From sequence record SRR22947725_1377: 32,225 bases of DNA, one strand, 5' to 3'. Shown here one piece after another: positions 19,178 through 28,583 of this stretch. The notes beneath the pieces were generated by a model. That model saw only the letters and a program-made list of their open reading frames with translations, was not told where the DNA came from and made no database searches. Positions within the stretch are counted from its first letter, which is position 1. Each line of letters opens with the position of its first letter. The position numbers and the translations under genes are program-made.

Positions 19178-22100
19178 ATGAATAAATTATATTTATTTTT
19201 TTTAGTAAGCACTACATTTATTTTTTTTAGTTTAAATGCAAACACAGTTAATAATTCAAATATTGGCTTTGACAAACATGAAAATGAATTTGGAGCATTA
19301 GAATACAGATTGATAGGACCATTTAGAGGAGGTAGAAGCGCTGCAGTAACAGGCGTGCCTAACAAACCTAATCTTTATTATTTTGGAGCTACGGGAGGTG
19401 GAGTATGGAAAACACAAGACGGCGGAAATAAATGGGAAAATATTTCTGATGGTTTTTTTGGAGGAAGTATTGGTTCTGTAAGCGTTGCTAAAAGCGATCC
19501 AAATGTAATATATGTTGGAGGGGGAGAAAAAACTGTAAGAGGAAATGTTTCCTCTGGATATGGTGTATGGAAGAGTTTAGACGCTGGTAAAACATGGAAT
19601 TTTTCAGGCTTAAAAAATTCAAGACATATTCCAAGAATTACTATTGACCCTAATAATCATGATATTGTGTACGCAGGAGTATTAGGAAATATATATAAGT
19701 CGAGTGATGAAAGAGGACTTTATAAGAGTGTTGATGGTGGAAAAAATTGGAAGAAAATACTTTATTCTAATGAAGATTCTGGTGTAGTTGATTTAATAAT
19801 TGACCCTACAAATTCTAGAGTTATATATGCTTCCACTTGGAATGTAAGAAGAACTCCTTACAGCTTAAGTTCTGGAGGAAAAGGTTCTGCATTATGGAAA
19901 AGTGAAGATAGCGGGGACACTTGGAAAGAGATATCTCTTAACAAAGGATTTCCTGATTCTACTCTTGGAATAATTGGTGTCACAGTATCACCGGTTAACA
20001 ATGAAAAGGTATGGGCTATAGTTGAGAATAAGGACAAAGGAGGTTTATATTTAAGTAATGATGGAGGGGAAAGCTGGGAATTAATAAATAATGAAAGAAA
20101 ACTAAGACAAAGAGCTTGGTACTATACAAGAGTTTATGCAGATACACAGGATGAAAACTTAGTCTATGTTTTAAATGTTAGATATCATAAAAGCACAGAT
20201 TCAGGTAAAAGTTTTAAAACCTATAATGCTCCTCATGGTGATCATCATGATCTGTGGATTTCACCTGAAAACCCCGAAAGAATGATTATTGGGGATGATG
20301 GTGGAGCTCAAGTTTCATATGATAGAGGTGAGAGCTGGAGTACTTATATGAATCAGCCAACATCACAATTTTATAGAGTAACCACTGACAATAGCTTTCC
20401 TTATAGGATTTATGCCGCACAACAAGATAACTCAACGATTAGAATTAATCACAGATCTTTAAATGGATCAATAACTGAATCGGATTGGGAGCCGACTGCA
20501 GGTGGTGAATCGGCACATATAGCTGTTGATCCTTTGAATAATGAAATTATTTATGGGGGCAGTTATGATGGCTTTCTTACAAGAGTAAATCATGAATCTG
20601 GATCTGTTAGAGCAATTAATGTTTGGCCAGACAACCCAATGGGCCATGGAGCCGAAGGTATGAAATATAGATTTCAATGGAATTTTCCTATTATATTCTC
20701 AAAACATAATCCAAAAAAACTTTATACATTTTCAAATCAAGTACATGTTACTGAAAATGAAGGCCAATCTTGGGATATTATAAGCCCAGATTTAACAAGA
20801 AATGACCCTAATAAATTAAAATCCTCAGGAGGCCCAATAACTCAAGATAACACCTCTGTCGAATATTATTGCACAATTTTTGCCGCTCAAGAATCTCCAC
20901 TTAAAGAAGGATTAATTTGGGTTGGAAGTGATGACGGGCTAGTACACTTAACAAAAAATGCTGGAGAAACATGGGATAATATAACTCCTAAAAAAATGCC
21001 AGAGTGGATGATGATAAATAGCATTGAACCAAGCTCATTTGATGAAGGGACTTGCTATATAGCAGGGACAAAATATAAAACAGGGGATTTTAAACCATAC
21101 ATTTATAAAACAACAGATTTTGGTAAAACTTGGAAAAAAATAACTAATGGAATTAACGAAGAACATTTTACCAGAGTTGTAAGAGAAGATCCAGAAAACA
21201 AAAATATTTTATATTCTGGAACTGAAACAGGCATGTATATTTCGTTGGATGCAGGTCAAAATTGGCAGAGTTTTCAGCTTAATCTACCAATCGTTCCAAT
21301 TACTGATTTGACCATTAAAGATAACAGTTTGATTGTCGCTACTCAAGGTAGAAGCTTATGGATTTTAGATGATTTAACAGTTATTCATCAATCTTATATT
21401 AATTCTTTAGATAGAAAATTACTTCCACATCATGATTTATATAATGTTGAACTATTTACACCAAAAGATTCATATAGAATGTCTGGTAGAAGTAGTGCAA
21501 GAAATAGCCTTACAGCTGGTCAAAATCTTGAAAATGGTGTTATAACTTACTTTAATCTTTTTAATTATTCTGACCAAGATGAGGTGTCTTTGACCTATAT
21601 GAATAACAATAAAGACACTATAATTTCACTAAATAATAAAGCTTCAGGAAAAAAGAAATTAAAAATTAAAAAAGGACCTAATAAATTTACCTGGGATATG
21701 TATTATGATGGAGCAAGTGATTTCGACGGAATGATATTATGGTGGGCTAGCCTAAATGGGCCTAAAGCTGTACCTGGAAATTACTTTGTTGAGCTAAATG
21801 TCAATGGAGTTGTACAAGTAAAACCTTTTAAAATAAGCATTGATCCAAGATCTGAAAGTTCAATTAAATCTATGCAAGAGCAGTTTGATTTTATTAACTC
21901 AATAAATAAAACAATGGACAAGGCTCATAAATCTATTAAAAAGATAAGAAGTATTAAAAGTCAATTATTGAAATTCACCTCAATATATAATCAAGACAAT
22001 TTATCAAAGTTAAAAGAAAAAGCAAATGAGCTAAGTGATGATTTATCAAAAATTGAAAAAGCTTTATATCAAACTCAAAACAGAAGTGGTCAAGATCCCT

Positions 22101-22324
22101 TAAATTTCCCCATCAGACTTACAAATAAGTTAGGTCACTTGAATTCTTTAGTTTCTATGGGTGATTTTTCACCAACCAAACAAGATATTGAGGTTAAAGA
22201 ATATTTAACAAATCAGATAAATATAAATCTTGAAATTTTTGATAAATTAATGATTGAAGAGGTGAAAAATTTTAATGAACTATTTAACAACAATAAATTA
22301 AATTATCTAATCTCTATTGAATAA
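19178..22324 (+). CDS. Secreted VPS10/sortilin-like BNR (Asp-box) beta-propeller protein (often annotated 'glycosyl hydrolase')
   Basis: Signal peptide; RLIGPFRGGRS; 11 S/T-x-D/N-x-G-x-x-W/F Asp boxes; C-terminal Ig-like segment plus coiled coil. Confidence 0.85.
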   Translation: MNKLYLFFLVSTTFIFFSLNANTVNNSNIGFDKHENEFGALEYRLIGPFRGGRSAAVTGVPNKPNLYYFGATGGGVWKTQDGGNKWENISDGFFGGSIGSVSVAKSDPNVIYVGGGEKTVRGNVSSGYGVWKSLDAGKTWNFSGLKNSRHIPRITIDPNNHDIVYAGVLGNIYKSSDERGLYKSVDGGKNWKKILYSNEDSGVVDLIIDPTNSRVIYASTWNVRRTPYSLSSGGKGSALWKSEDSGDTWKEISLNKGFPDSTLGIIGVTVSPVNNEKVWAIVENKDKGGLYLSNDGGESWELINNERKLRQRAWYYTRVYADTQDENLVYVLNVRYHKSTDSGKSFKTYNAPHGDHHDLWISPENPERMIIGDDGGAQVSYDRGESWSTYMNQPTSQFYRVTTDNSFPYRIYAAQQDNSTIRINHRSLNGSITESDWEPTAGGESAHIAVDPLNNEIIYGGSYDGFLTRVNHESGSVRAINVWPDNPMGHGAEGMKYRFQWNFPIIFSKHNPKKLYTFSNQVHVTENEGQSWDIISPDLTRNDPNKLKSSGGPITQDNTSVEYYCTIFAAQESPLKEGLIWVGSDDGLVHLTKNAGETWDNITPKKMPEWMMINSIEPSSFDEGTCYIAGTKYKTGDFKPYIYKTTDFGKTWKKITNGINEEHFTRVVREDPENKNILYSGTETGMYISLDAGQNWQSFQLNLPIVPITDLTIKDNSLIVATQGRSLWILDDLTVIHQSYINSLDRKLLPHHDLYNVELFTPKDSYRMSGRSSARNSLTAGQNLENGVITYFNLFNYSDQDEVSLTYMNNNKDTIISLNNKASGKKKLKIKKGPNKFTWDMYYDGASDFDGMILWWASLNGPKAVPGNYFVELNVNGVVQVKPFKISIDPRSESSIKSMQEQFDFINSINKTMDKAHKSIKKIRSIKSQLLKFTSIYNQDNLSKLKEKANELSDDLSKIEKALYQTQNRSGQDPLNFPIRLTNKLGHLNSLVSMGDFSPTKQDIEVKEYLTNQININLEIFDKLMIEEVKNFNELFNNNKLNYLISIE

Positions 22325-22327
22325 TCC

Positions 22328-22864
22328 ATGGAATATTATAATTATATAAAAGCATTACACTTGATTTTTGTCATAACATGGTTTGCAGGGCTGTTTTATA
22401 TACCAAGACTATTCATCTATCATATTGAAGCAAATACCAAACCACAAAAAGAAAAAGAAATATTGATAAGCCAATTTAAAATTATGACAAAAAGACTTTG
22501 GCTAATAATCACATGGCCTTCGGCTATTTTGGCTACAGGATTCGCTATTTTTCTATTTGTATTAAATCCCGGGTTAATAAATTTTGAGTGGATGCAAATT
22601 AAACTAGTTTTTGTTTTTGTACTTATATTATACCATATCAAAACACATATAATTTATAAAGAACTACAAAACGATATAATTAACTATTCTTCAAACTTTA
22701 TGCGATATTGGAATGAAGGAGCAACAATTATATTATTTGCAGTAATCTTTTTAATAATATTAAAGAGTTCAACAAGTTGGATATTTGGTGTTCTGGGTAT
22801 CATATCTTTATCAGGAATTTTAATCTTAGGTATAAAATTATATAAAAAACTAAGAAATGAATAA
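22328..22864 (+). CDS. hemJ: Protoporphyrinogen IX oxidase HemJ (CopD/UPF0093 family)
   Basis: IKALHLIFVITWFAGLFYIPRLFIYH, WMQIKL, RYWNE; heme cluster context. Confidence 0.9.
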   Translation: MEYYNYIKALHLIFVITWFAGLFYIPRLFIYHIEANTKPQKEKEILISQFKIMTKRLWLIITWPSAILATGFAIFLFVLNPGLINFEWMQIKLVFVFVLILYHIKTHIIYKELQNDIINYSSNFMRYWNEGATIILFAVIFLIILKSSTSWIFGVLGIISLSGILILGIKLYKKLRNE

Positions 22865-24311
22865 CACGAAATTAAAAGGAATTTCTCTTCGTTTTAGAAT
22901 ATTCATTTTCATGATTTTAATGGTAGCTGTCTCATCATTACTTCTTACAATCTTATCTTTAATTGAATACAACTATCAATCAGAATATTATCACAATGAA
23001 AGATTAGAAAGAAAAGAAAATCAATTAATATTAAGTCTTAATTATGTTATTCAGAATTCATCTTTTGACAATAGTGATATTATTGAAAACATTTCTGATA
23101 GTAAAATTGATGAAATTTCCAAAATTCAAAATATTGAATTTAAATTATATGATTTAGAAGGAAATTTATTAAAAAATTCAGATTTAGAAGCAACTATAGA
23201 TTTAGTAGAACTAAAAATGCCTAGTTATATAGTTGAGAAATTTAAAAATAATAACATTAATAGATTTGTTGAAAACAATGTTAATGTCAAAAATTATAAA
23301 GTTGCTTATGACATATTGAAAGATCAAAATAATAAGCCAATCGGTCTTTTATACATCCCTTATTATGAGTTTGATTTTTTAAATGATGATAAGTTAAATT
23401 CAATATTATATAGTTTAGGTTTTGTTTTACTAAATATTATAATTATTTCTACATTTTTCGCCTATTTTTTGTCTAGATATATAACAAATCCATTATTTCA
23501 AATAAGCAATAGATTAAAGCTTACAAAATTATCTCAAAGTGATAATAAAATAATATTAAAGAACCCACCAAAAGAACTTGCAGAACTAGTTAACTCATAT
23601 AATCTAATGATTGATGAATTGGAAGATAGCGCTGTAAAGCTTGCAAAAAGCGAAAGGGAAAGTGCTTGGAGAGAGATGGCAAAACAAGTTGCCCACGAGA
23701 TAAAAAATCCACTTACTCCAATGAGATTAACGATTCAATCTTTTCAAAAGAACTTTAATATTGAAAATAAAAATGTCAATATAAAAGTTGATGAATTTTC
23801 CAAATCTTTAATTCAACAAATTGATGTAATGAGCTCAATAGCTGGTGCATTTTCAGATTTTGCAAAAATGCCAGAACAGAAAAAAGAATTATTAAACTTA
23901 AATGAAGTTATTGAAACTGCACTTGATATTTTTGATAAGAAATTTATTAATTTTTCATTCGATTCTGACGAAGTCCTTGCTAATTTAGACAAATCTCAAC
24001 TTATTAGAGTTTTAACAAATTTGGTTAAAAATGCAGTTCAGTCAATTCCAAAAGAAAGAACTCCAGTCATAGATGTTTATTTATCAAACACAGTAACACA
24101 TGCAATTATTAAAATAAGTGACAATGGATCTGGAATTGACGAAGAGAATAAACTAAAAATATTTGAACCAAGATTTACGACTAAGTCAAGTGGTATGGGC
24201 TTAGGCCTATCTATTATAAGTAATATCATTAAATCTTTTGGCGGAACTATTGAATTTGAAACTAAAATGAATATAGGGACGACTTTTACTATAACTTTAC
24301 CAAAAAATTAA
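22857..24311 (+). CDS. Membrane sensor histidine kinase (NtrY-like)
   Basis: Two TM helices and a HAMP-like linker; H-box MAKQVAHEIKNPLTP, NLVKNA, DNGSGI, FEPRFTTK, GMGLGL. Confidence 0.92.
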   Translation: MNNTKLKGISLRFRIFIFMILMVAVSSLLLTILSLIEYNYQSEYYHNERLERKENQLILSLNYVIQNSSFDNSDIIENISDSKIDEISKIQNIEFKLYDLEGNLLKNSDLEATIDLVELKMPSYIVEKFKNNNINRFVENNVNVKNYKVAYDILKDQNNKPIGLLYIPYYEFDFLNDDKLNSILYSLGFVLLNIIIISTFFAYFLSRYITNPLFQISNRLKLTKLSQSDNKIILKNPPKELAELVNSYNLMIDELEDSAVKLAKSERESAWREMAKQVAHEIKNPLTPMRLTIQSFQKNFNIENKNVNIKVDEFSKSLIQQIDVMSSIAGAFSDFAKMPEQKKELLNLNEVIETALDIFDKKFINFSFDSDEVLANLDKSQLIRVLTNLVKNAVQSIPKERTPVIDVYLSNTVTHAIIKISDNGSGIDEENKLKIFEPRFTTKSSGMGLGLSIISNIIKSFGGTIEFETKMNIGTTFTITLPKN

Positions 24312-24313
24312 TT

Positions 24314-25090
24314 ATGAAATTTGAAAATATATTAGTGAATACAAATGACAGGGTTACCACAATCACTATTAACAGACCAAATAAATTAAATGCACTAAAT
24401 ATATTAACCATAAATGAGCTAAATATTGTATTAGATAATTTATTAAATGATGAATCTTGTAAAATTATAATTATAACTGGATCAGGAAATAAAGCCTTTG
24501 TAGCAGGCGCGGATATAAGTGAATTTTATAAATTTTCTAAAGATCAAGCTTATGACTTATCTGCTGGTGGGCAATCTAAACTTTTTGATTTCATAGAAAA
24601 CTATCCAAAACCTGTTATAGCTGCTATTAATGGATATGCATTAGGCGGAGGCTTGGAGTTAGCTATGGCTTGTCACATAAGAATTGCTAGTGATAATACT
24701 TTAATGGGGCTCCCTGAAGTATCTTTGGGTGTAACTCCTGGTTACGGTGGGACGCAAAGGTTACCCCAGTTAGTCGGTAAAGGAATCGCCATGGAACTGA
24801 TACTAAGCGCCAACATGATTAATGTTGAAAGAGCTGAAAGAGTAGGTCTTTTAAATCATATAACTTCACAAGAAAATTTAATTTCTTTTAGTACAGATTT
24901 AGCACAAAAAATAATTTCTAATTCGTCAAGTGCTATTGCAGCCTCGATAAAATGTGTTAACTCCAATTTTAAAGATGGAGAAAATGGTTATCTTACAGAA
25001 ATAAATGAGTTTAGTAATTGTTTTCAGTCTGAAGATTTTATTGAAGGTACTAATGCATTTATAAAAAAACGAAAAGCAAATTTCAAATAA
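24314..25090 (+). CDS. Enoyl-CoA hydratase/crotonase
   Basis: INRPNKLNALN, AFVAGADI, GYALGGGLELA, PEVSLG (both catalytic Glu), GGTQRL. Confidence 0.93.
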   Translation: MKFENILVNTNDRVTTITINRPNKLNALNILTINELNIVLDNLLNDESCKIIIITGSGNKAFVAGADISEFYKFSKDQAYDLSAGGQSKLFDFIENYPKPVIAAINGYALGGGLELAMACHIRIASDNTLMGLPEVSLGVTPGYGGTQRLPQLVGKGIAMELILSANMINVERAERVGLLNHITSQENLISFSTDLAQKIISNSSSAIAASIKCVNSNFKDGENGYLTEINEFSNCFQSEDFIEGTNAFIKKRKANFK

Positions 25091-25198
25091 TACCCCCCAA
25101 GTCTTATCAAGTATTTATAATTAAATGAATAAATCATTTAACAAGTAATTAACGGGGTTAAAAAAAAGACTTCTTAATTTAAAAAAAAAATTAAAAAA

Positions 25199-27235
25199 AT
25201 GAACAAACAGATATTTTTATTATTTTTTCTTTGTTGTAATTTCATTTTTTCTCAATATGAAATTAAGATAAAAGCTTCAGTCCTTGATCAAAAGACTAAC
25301 AAACCTATAAGCCTGGCAAATGTAAATTTTAAGCACACTAAAATTGGCGCTTTTACCAGCAATTCAGGTGTCTTTAATATTAAGTATGATGAGAAGCTAA
25401 TTAATGATGATGATGTATTTGAAATTAATGCAAAAGGATTTAAAACTATAGAAATAAAAGTTTCTCAATTATATAAGTTTTTAAGAAACACTAACAAATT
25501 TTACTTAGAACGTGATGAAAACACAAATAGCTGGACCAATGAATTATCTCTAAGTACAATAGATGAATCTGGGCCTAATTTATTTGGAAAAGTGTTCAGT
25601 GTGTCTGGACCAATTCAAGGAGCAACTATAAGAATTAAAAATTCACTTGTTGAAGCCCAGTCTGATTTTGACGGTTATTTTAATATAGATGCTCAAGTTG
25701 GAGATATTCTAGTAGTTAACTATTTAGGAATGACAGAAAAACAAACTGTTGTAGAAGATTTTGATGATTTATATGTTCTATTAAAAACAGAAGCACAAAT
25801 ATTAGATGAGGTGGTTTTATCTTCAACAAATAAAAATGAAGACAATCTAGTGGATACTGGATATGGTAGGAAAAATAAAGATGCAGTAGGTTTTTCTAAT
25901 TCAACAATTACAAAAGAAGATATTTCAGCGGGGGCGACTACCTTGGTTGATGTAATTAGAGGGAAATTTGCAGGAGTTAGAATAGAAGGTTATGACACTC
26001 CAAGAATTACAATAAGAGGCGGAACTGGCTCAATGAATACTCCTGCCTATGCAATATATGATGTTGACGGACTAATATTTGAGGACTTCCCTAATTTTAT
26101 AAATGCTCAACAAATCGAAAGTATAACCATATTAAAATCTTACGGAGCTACAAACAGATACGGGAGTGTGGGTAGAGGTGGTGTTTTTGTAATTAGAATG
26201 AATAGTCTGTATAAAGGATCCTCTCAAACTCTTGATTCTGCCTTAATTAAAGGGAATGATTATGAGGAAGAATTGGGGATGATTAGCTTTGAAAATAACT
26301 CTAAATATATAAAGGAATTAGAAGAAGCATTTTCTTTTGAAAATGCTAAAGAGAGATATTTTAAGCAAACTTCTAATTTAGAATTTAAATCCTTGCCGTA
26401 TTATTTTGATTGTTATGACTACTTCAAAAGGTGGAATAATGATTTTGCTTTTCAAATTCTAACAGACGCAGTTATCTCTGCCAAAAGTAACCCAAAAGCT
26501 TTAAAAGCATTAGCATATAAAATGGAGTCAATCGACAGAAATTTTGATGCTGAATTAGTATATGAGCACTTACTTAAAATAAGACCTTATCACGAACAAT
26601 CTTACAGGGATTTAGCTTTAATATATTCTAAAAATAAAAAGTATGTTTTGGCTGCTGATATTTATAAAAAAATTCTGTTAAATGAGATTGATGAAGTTGA
26701 AGTTTTGGGTCTTCAAAAGACAATTGCTAATGAAGCCTATCACTTATACGTCAATAATAGAGACGAATTTGATTTTAAAAACTTTCCAATAGATATTTTA
26801 AAAAACATACTTCCTAACATAGATCTGAATAAAAATATAAATCAAAAATCTTTTATCAAACCAAAAGACTTTGGGTATGATTATAGAGTTGTTTTTGATT
26901 GGAGTGATTCTAACATTGAGTTTAACGTTCAGTTTGTTAGTCCTTCTAAAAAATTCTTTAATTGGTCTCACACTAAATTTGAAAACAAAGATCAATTAAT
27001 AGATGAAATTAAATTCGGATACAATACAGAAGAATTTATAATTGATGATTCTCAAAAAGGAGAATGGCTTATCAATATTGATACTTTTAGTATAGAGTCA
27101 GACATTAACCCTACATTTTTAAAATACACAGTTTATAAAAACTACGGTAGAGATAATGAAATTAGCAAAACTAGTGTGATTAACTTAAATAGGCTGTCTC
27201 AAAAATTAACTTTAGATAAGCTTTTTTATAACTAA
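25199..27235 (+). CDS. Exported protein: two CarboxypepD_reg-like domains, SusC-type TonB plug, TPR-like helices and a DUF2135/YfaP-like C-terminus; no beta-barrel
   Basis: Signal peptide ending S|Q; PISLANV and PIQGATI...SDFDGYF; LDEVVL; plug motifs IRGG, YDVDG, IESITILKS...YGSVGRGGVFVI; C-terminal DYRVVFDW...GYNTEEF...GEWLINI. Confidence 0.72.
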   Translation: MNKQIFLLFFLCCNFIFSQYEIKIKASVLDQKTNKPISLANVNFKHTKIGAFTSNSGVFNIKYDEKLINDDDVFEINAKGFKTIEIKVSQLYKFLRNTNKFYLERDENTNSWTNELSLSTIDESGPNLFGKVFSVSGPIQGATIRIKNSLVEAQSDFDGYFNIDAQVGDILVVNYLGMTEKQTVVEDFDDLYVLLKTEAQILDEVVLSSTNKNEDNLVDTGYGRKNKDAVGFSNSTITKEDISAGATTLVDVIRGKFAGVRIEGYDTPRITIRGGTGSMNTPAYAIYDVDGLIFEDFPNFINAQQIESITILKSYGATNRYGSVGRGGVFVIRMNSLYKGSSQTLDSALIKGNDYEEELGMISFENNSKYIKELEEAFSFENAKERYFKQTSNLEFKSLPYYFDCYDYFKRWNNDFAFQILTDAVISAKSNPKALKALAYKMESIDRNFDAELVYEHLLKIRPYHEQSYRDLALIYSKNKKYVLAADIYKKILLNEIDEVEVLGLQKTIANEAYHLYVNNRDEFDFKNFPIDILKNILPNIDLNKNINQKSFIKPKDFGYDYRVVFDWSDSNIEFNVQFVSPSKKFFNWSHTKFENKDQLIDEIKFGYNTEEFIIDDSQKGEWLINIDTFSIESDINPTFLKYTVYKNYGRDNEISKTSVINLNRLSQKLTLDKLFYN

Positions 27236-27642
27236 CAGTATTCGTTATAAGCGTTTTGTAAATTTTCAGAAATTAATTCTGCTGGTCTACCTTCTATATG
27301 ATGCCTTTCTAGCATATGAACTAATTCGCCATCTTTAAATAGCGCTACACAAGGAGAACTTGGCGGGAATGGTGCCATATGATATCTGGCTTTATCAGTA
27401 GCCTCTCTATCAACACCTGCAAATACTGTTGCTAAATTAGCAGGAGTTTTAGAATTAGATAAACTTGCAATAACTCCAGGTCTTGCATTAGCTGCTGCAC
27501 AACCACAAACTGAGTTAACTACAATTAAAGTTGCACCTTTTTTTTCTATTAAATCATCCACATCTTTTTCAGAAAACATCTCTTGGAACCCATTAACGGT
27601 AAGTTGTTCTCTCATTGGTTTAACTAATTCAGCAGGATACAT
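27232..27642 (-). CDS. BrxA/BrxB-family bacilliredoxin (YphP/YqiW)
   Basis: MYPAELVKPMR, VNSVCGCAAANARP, TVFAGVD, PPSSP, ERHHIEGR. Confidence 0.93.
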   Translation of the reverse strand: MYPAELVKPMREQLTVNGFQEMFSEKDVDDLIEKKGATLIVVNSVCGCAAANARPGVIASLSNSKTPANLATVFAGVDREATDKARYHMAPFPPSSPCVALFKDGELVHMLERHHIEGRPAELISENLQNAYNEYC

Positions 27643-27667
27643 ATTTATTTTTTATAAGTTTGCCTAA

Positions 27668-27706
27668 CAAAGATACAAAGCAAAACTATTTAATTATTTA
27701 TATTTG
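27668..27706. promoter_or_regulatory. Back-to-back -7 elements for the bacilliredoxin (-) and ZIP (+) genes
   Basis: CAAAGATA (27668-27675; TATCTTTG on minus) and TATATTTG (27699-27706), both perfect TAnnTTTG. Confidence 0.65.
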
Positions 27707-27720
27707 CAAAAAAAATAATT

Positions 27721-28572
27721 ATGGAACATATTTTAGAATTCTTCAAATCTCAAACCAGTCCTGTAATGCAAGCTTTTTATGCTGGGTTATTTACATGGGT
27801 TTTGACAGCTGCTGGTGCAGCTCTTGTGTTTTTTTTTAAGTCTTCAAACAGAAAACTTTTAGATGCTGCATTAGGATTTACAGGTGGAGTAATGATTGCG
27901 GCTAGTTTTTGGTCATTATTGTCTCCTGCTATTAACTTTGTTGAAATTCAAAATGATTTAGGACAAACTATTATGCCATCTTTTTTACCTCCAGCAATTG
28001 GATTTTTTCTAGGCGCTGGTTTTATGTTTATGCTAGATAAAATGGTTCCTCATTTACATATTTTTGGAAAAATTGAAGAAGCTGAAGGGCCTAAAACCGA
28101 CCTAAAAAAAACCTCTTTACTTGTTTTGGCTATTGCTCTTCACAACATCCCTGAGGGCTTAGCTGTTGGTGTTGCATTTGGAGCATTAGCTTCTCCAGAA
28201 CTAGGAGCATCAGTTTTTACAATAGGTTCTGCAGTTGCCTTGGCAATTGGTATAGGAATTCAAAATTTTCCTGAAGGCTTTGCTGTTTCAATGCCTTTGA
28301 GAAGAGCCGGATTTAGTAAACGTAAATCTTGGAAATGGGGTCAATTATCTGCAATAGTTGAGCCTATATTTGCTGTAATTGGAGCTGCTCTTGTCTTGAT
28401 AGTTTGGCCAATACTTCCTTATGCTCTTTCTTTTGCTGCTGGAGCCATGATTTTTATAGTTGTTGAGGAGGTAATTCCGGAAAGTCAAAGAGGTGGAAAT
28501 ACTGATATCGCAACGATGGGTCTTATTGCAGGGTTTATAGTCATGATGTGTTTAGATGTTGCTCTAGGTTAG
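27721..28572 (+). CDS. ZIP-family (ZupT/GufA/ZIP11-like) divalent metal transporter
   Basis: GFTGGVMIAASFWSLL, LHNIPEGLAVG, IQNFPEG, AAGAMIFIVVEEVIPE. Confidence 0.93.
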   Translation: MEHILEFFKSQTSPVMQAFYAGLFTWVLTAAGAALVFFFKSSNRKLLDAALGFTGGVMIAASFWSLLSPAINFVEIQNDLGQTIMPSFLPPAIGFFLGAGFMFMLDKMVPHLHIFGKIEEAEGPKTDLKKTSLLVLAIALHNIPEGLAVGVAFGALASPELGASVFTIGSAVALAIGIGIQNFPEGFAVSMPLRRAGFSKRKSWKWGQLSAIVEPIFAVIGAALVLIVWPILPYALSFAAGAMIFIVVEEVIPESQRGGNTDIATMGLIAGFIVMMCLDVALG

Positions 28573-28583
28573 CAATGTGAAAT

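Noticed and set aside
19400-21270. Recurring tryptophan-containing repeats as a possible DNA repeat array or CRISPR
   Set aside because: They are protein-level Asp-box repeats, divergent at nucleotide level and irregularly spaced within one ORF.
25181-25198. Long A/T homopolymers (here and at about 2963-2970, 9951-9959, 19201-19228) as phase-variation tracts
   Set aside because: Expected in AT-rich DNA and A-rich Bacteroidota translation-initiation regions; no frameshifted gene was seen.
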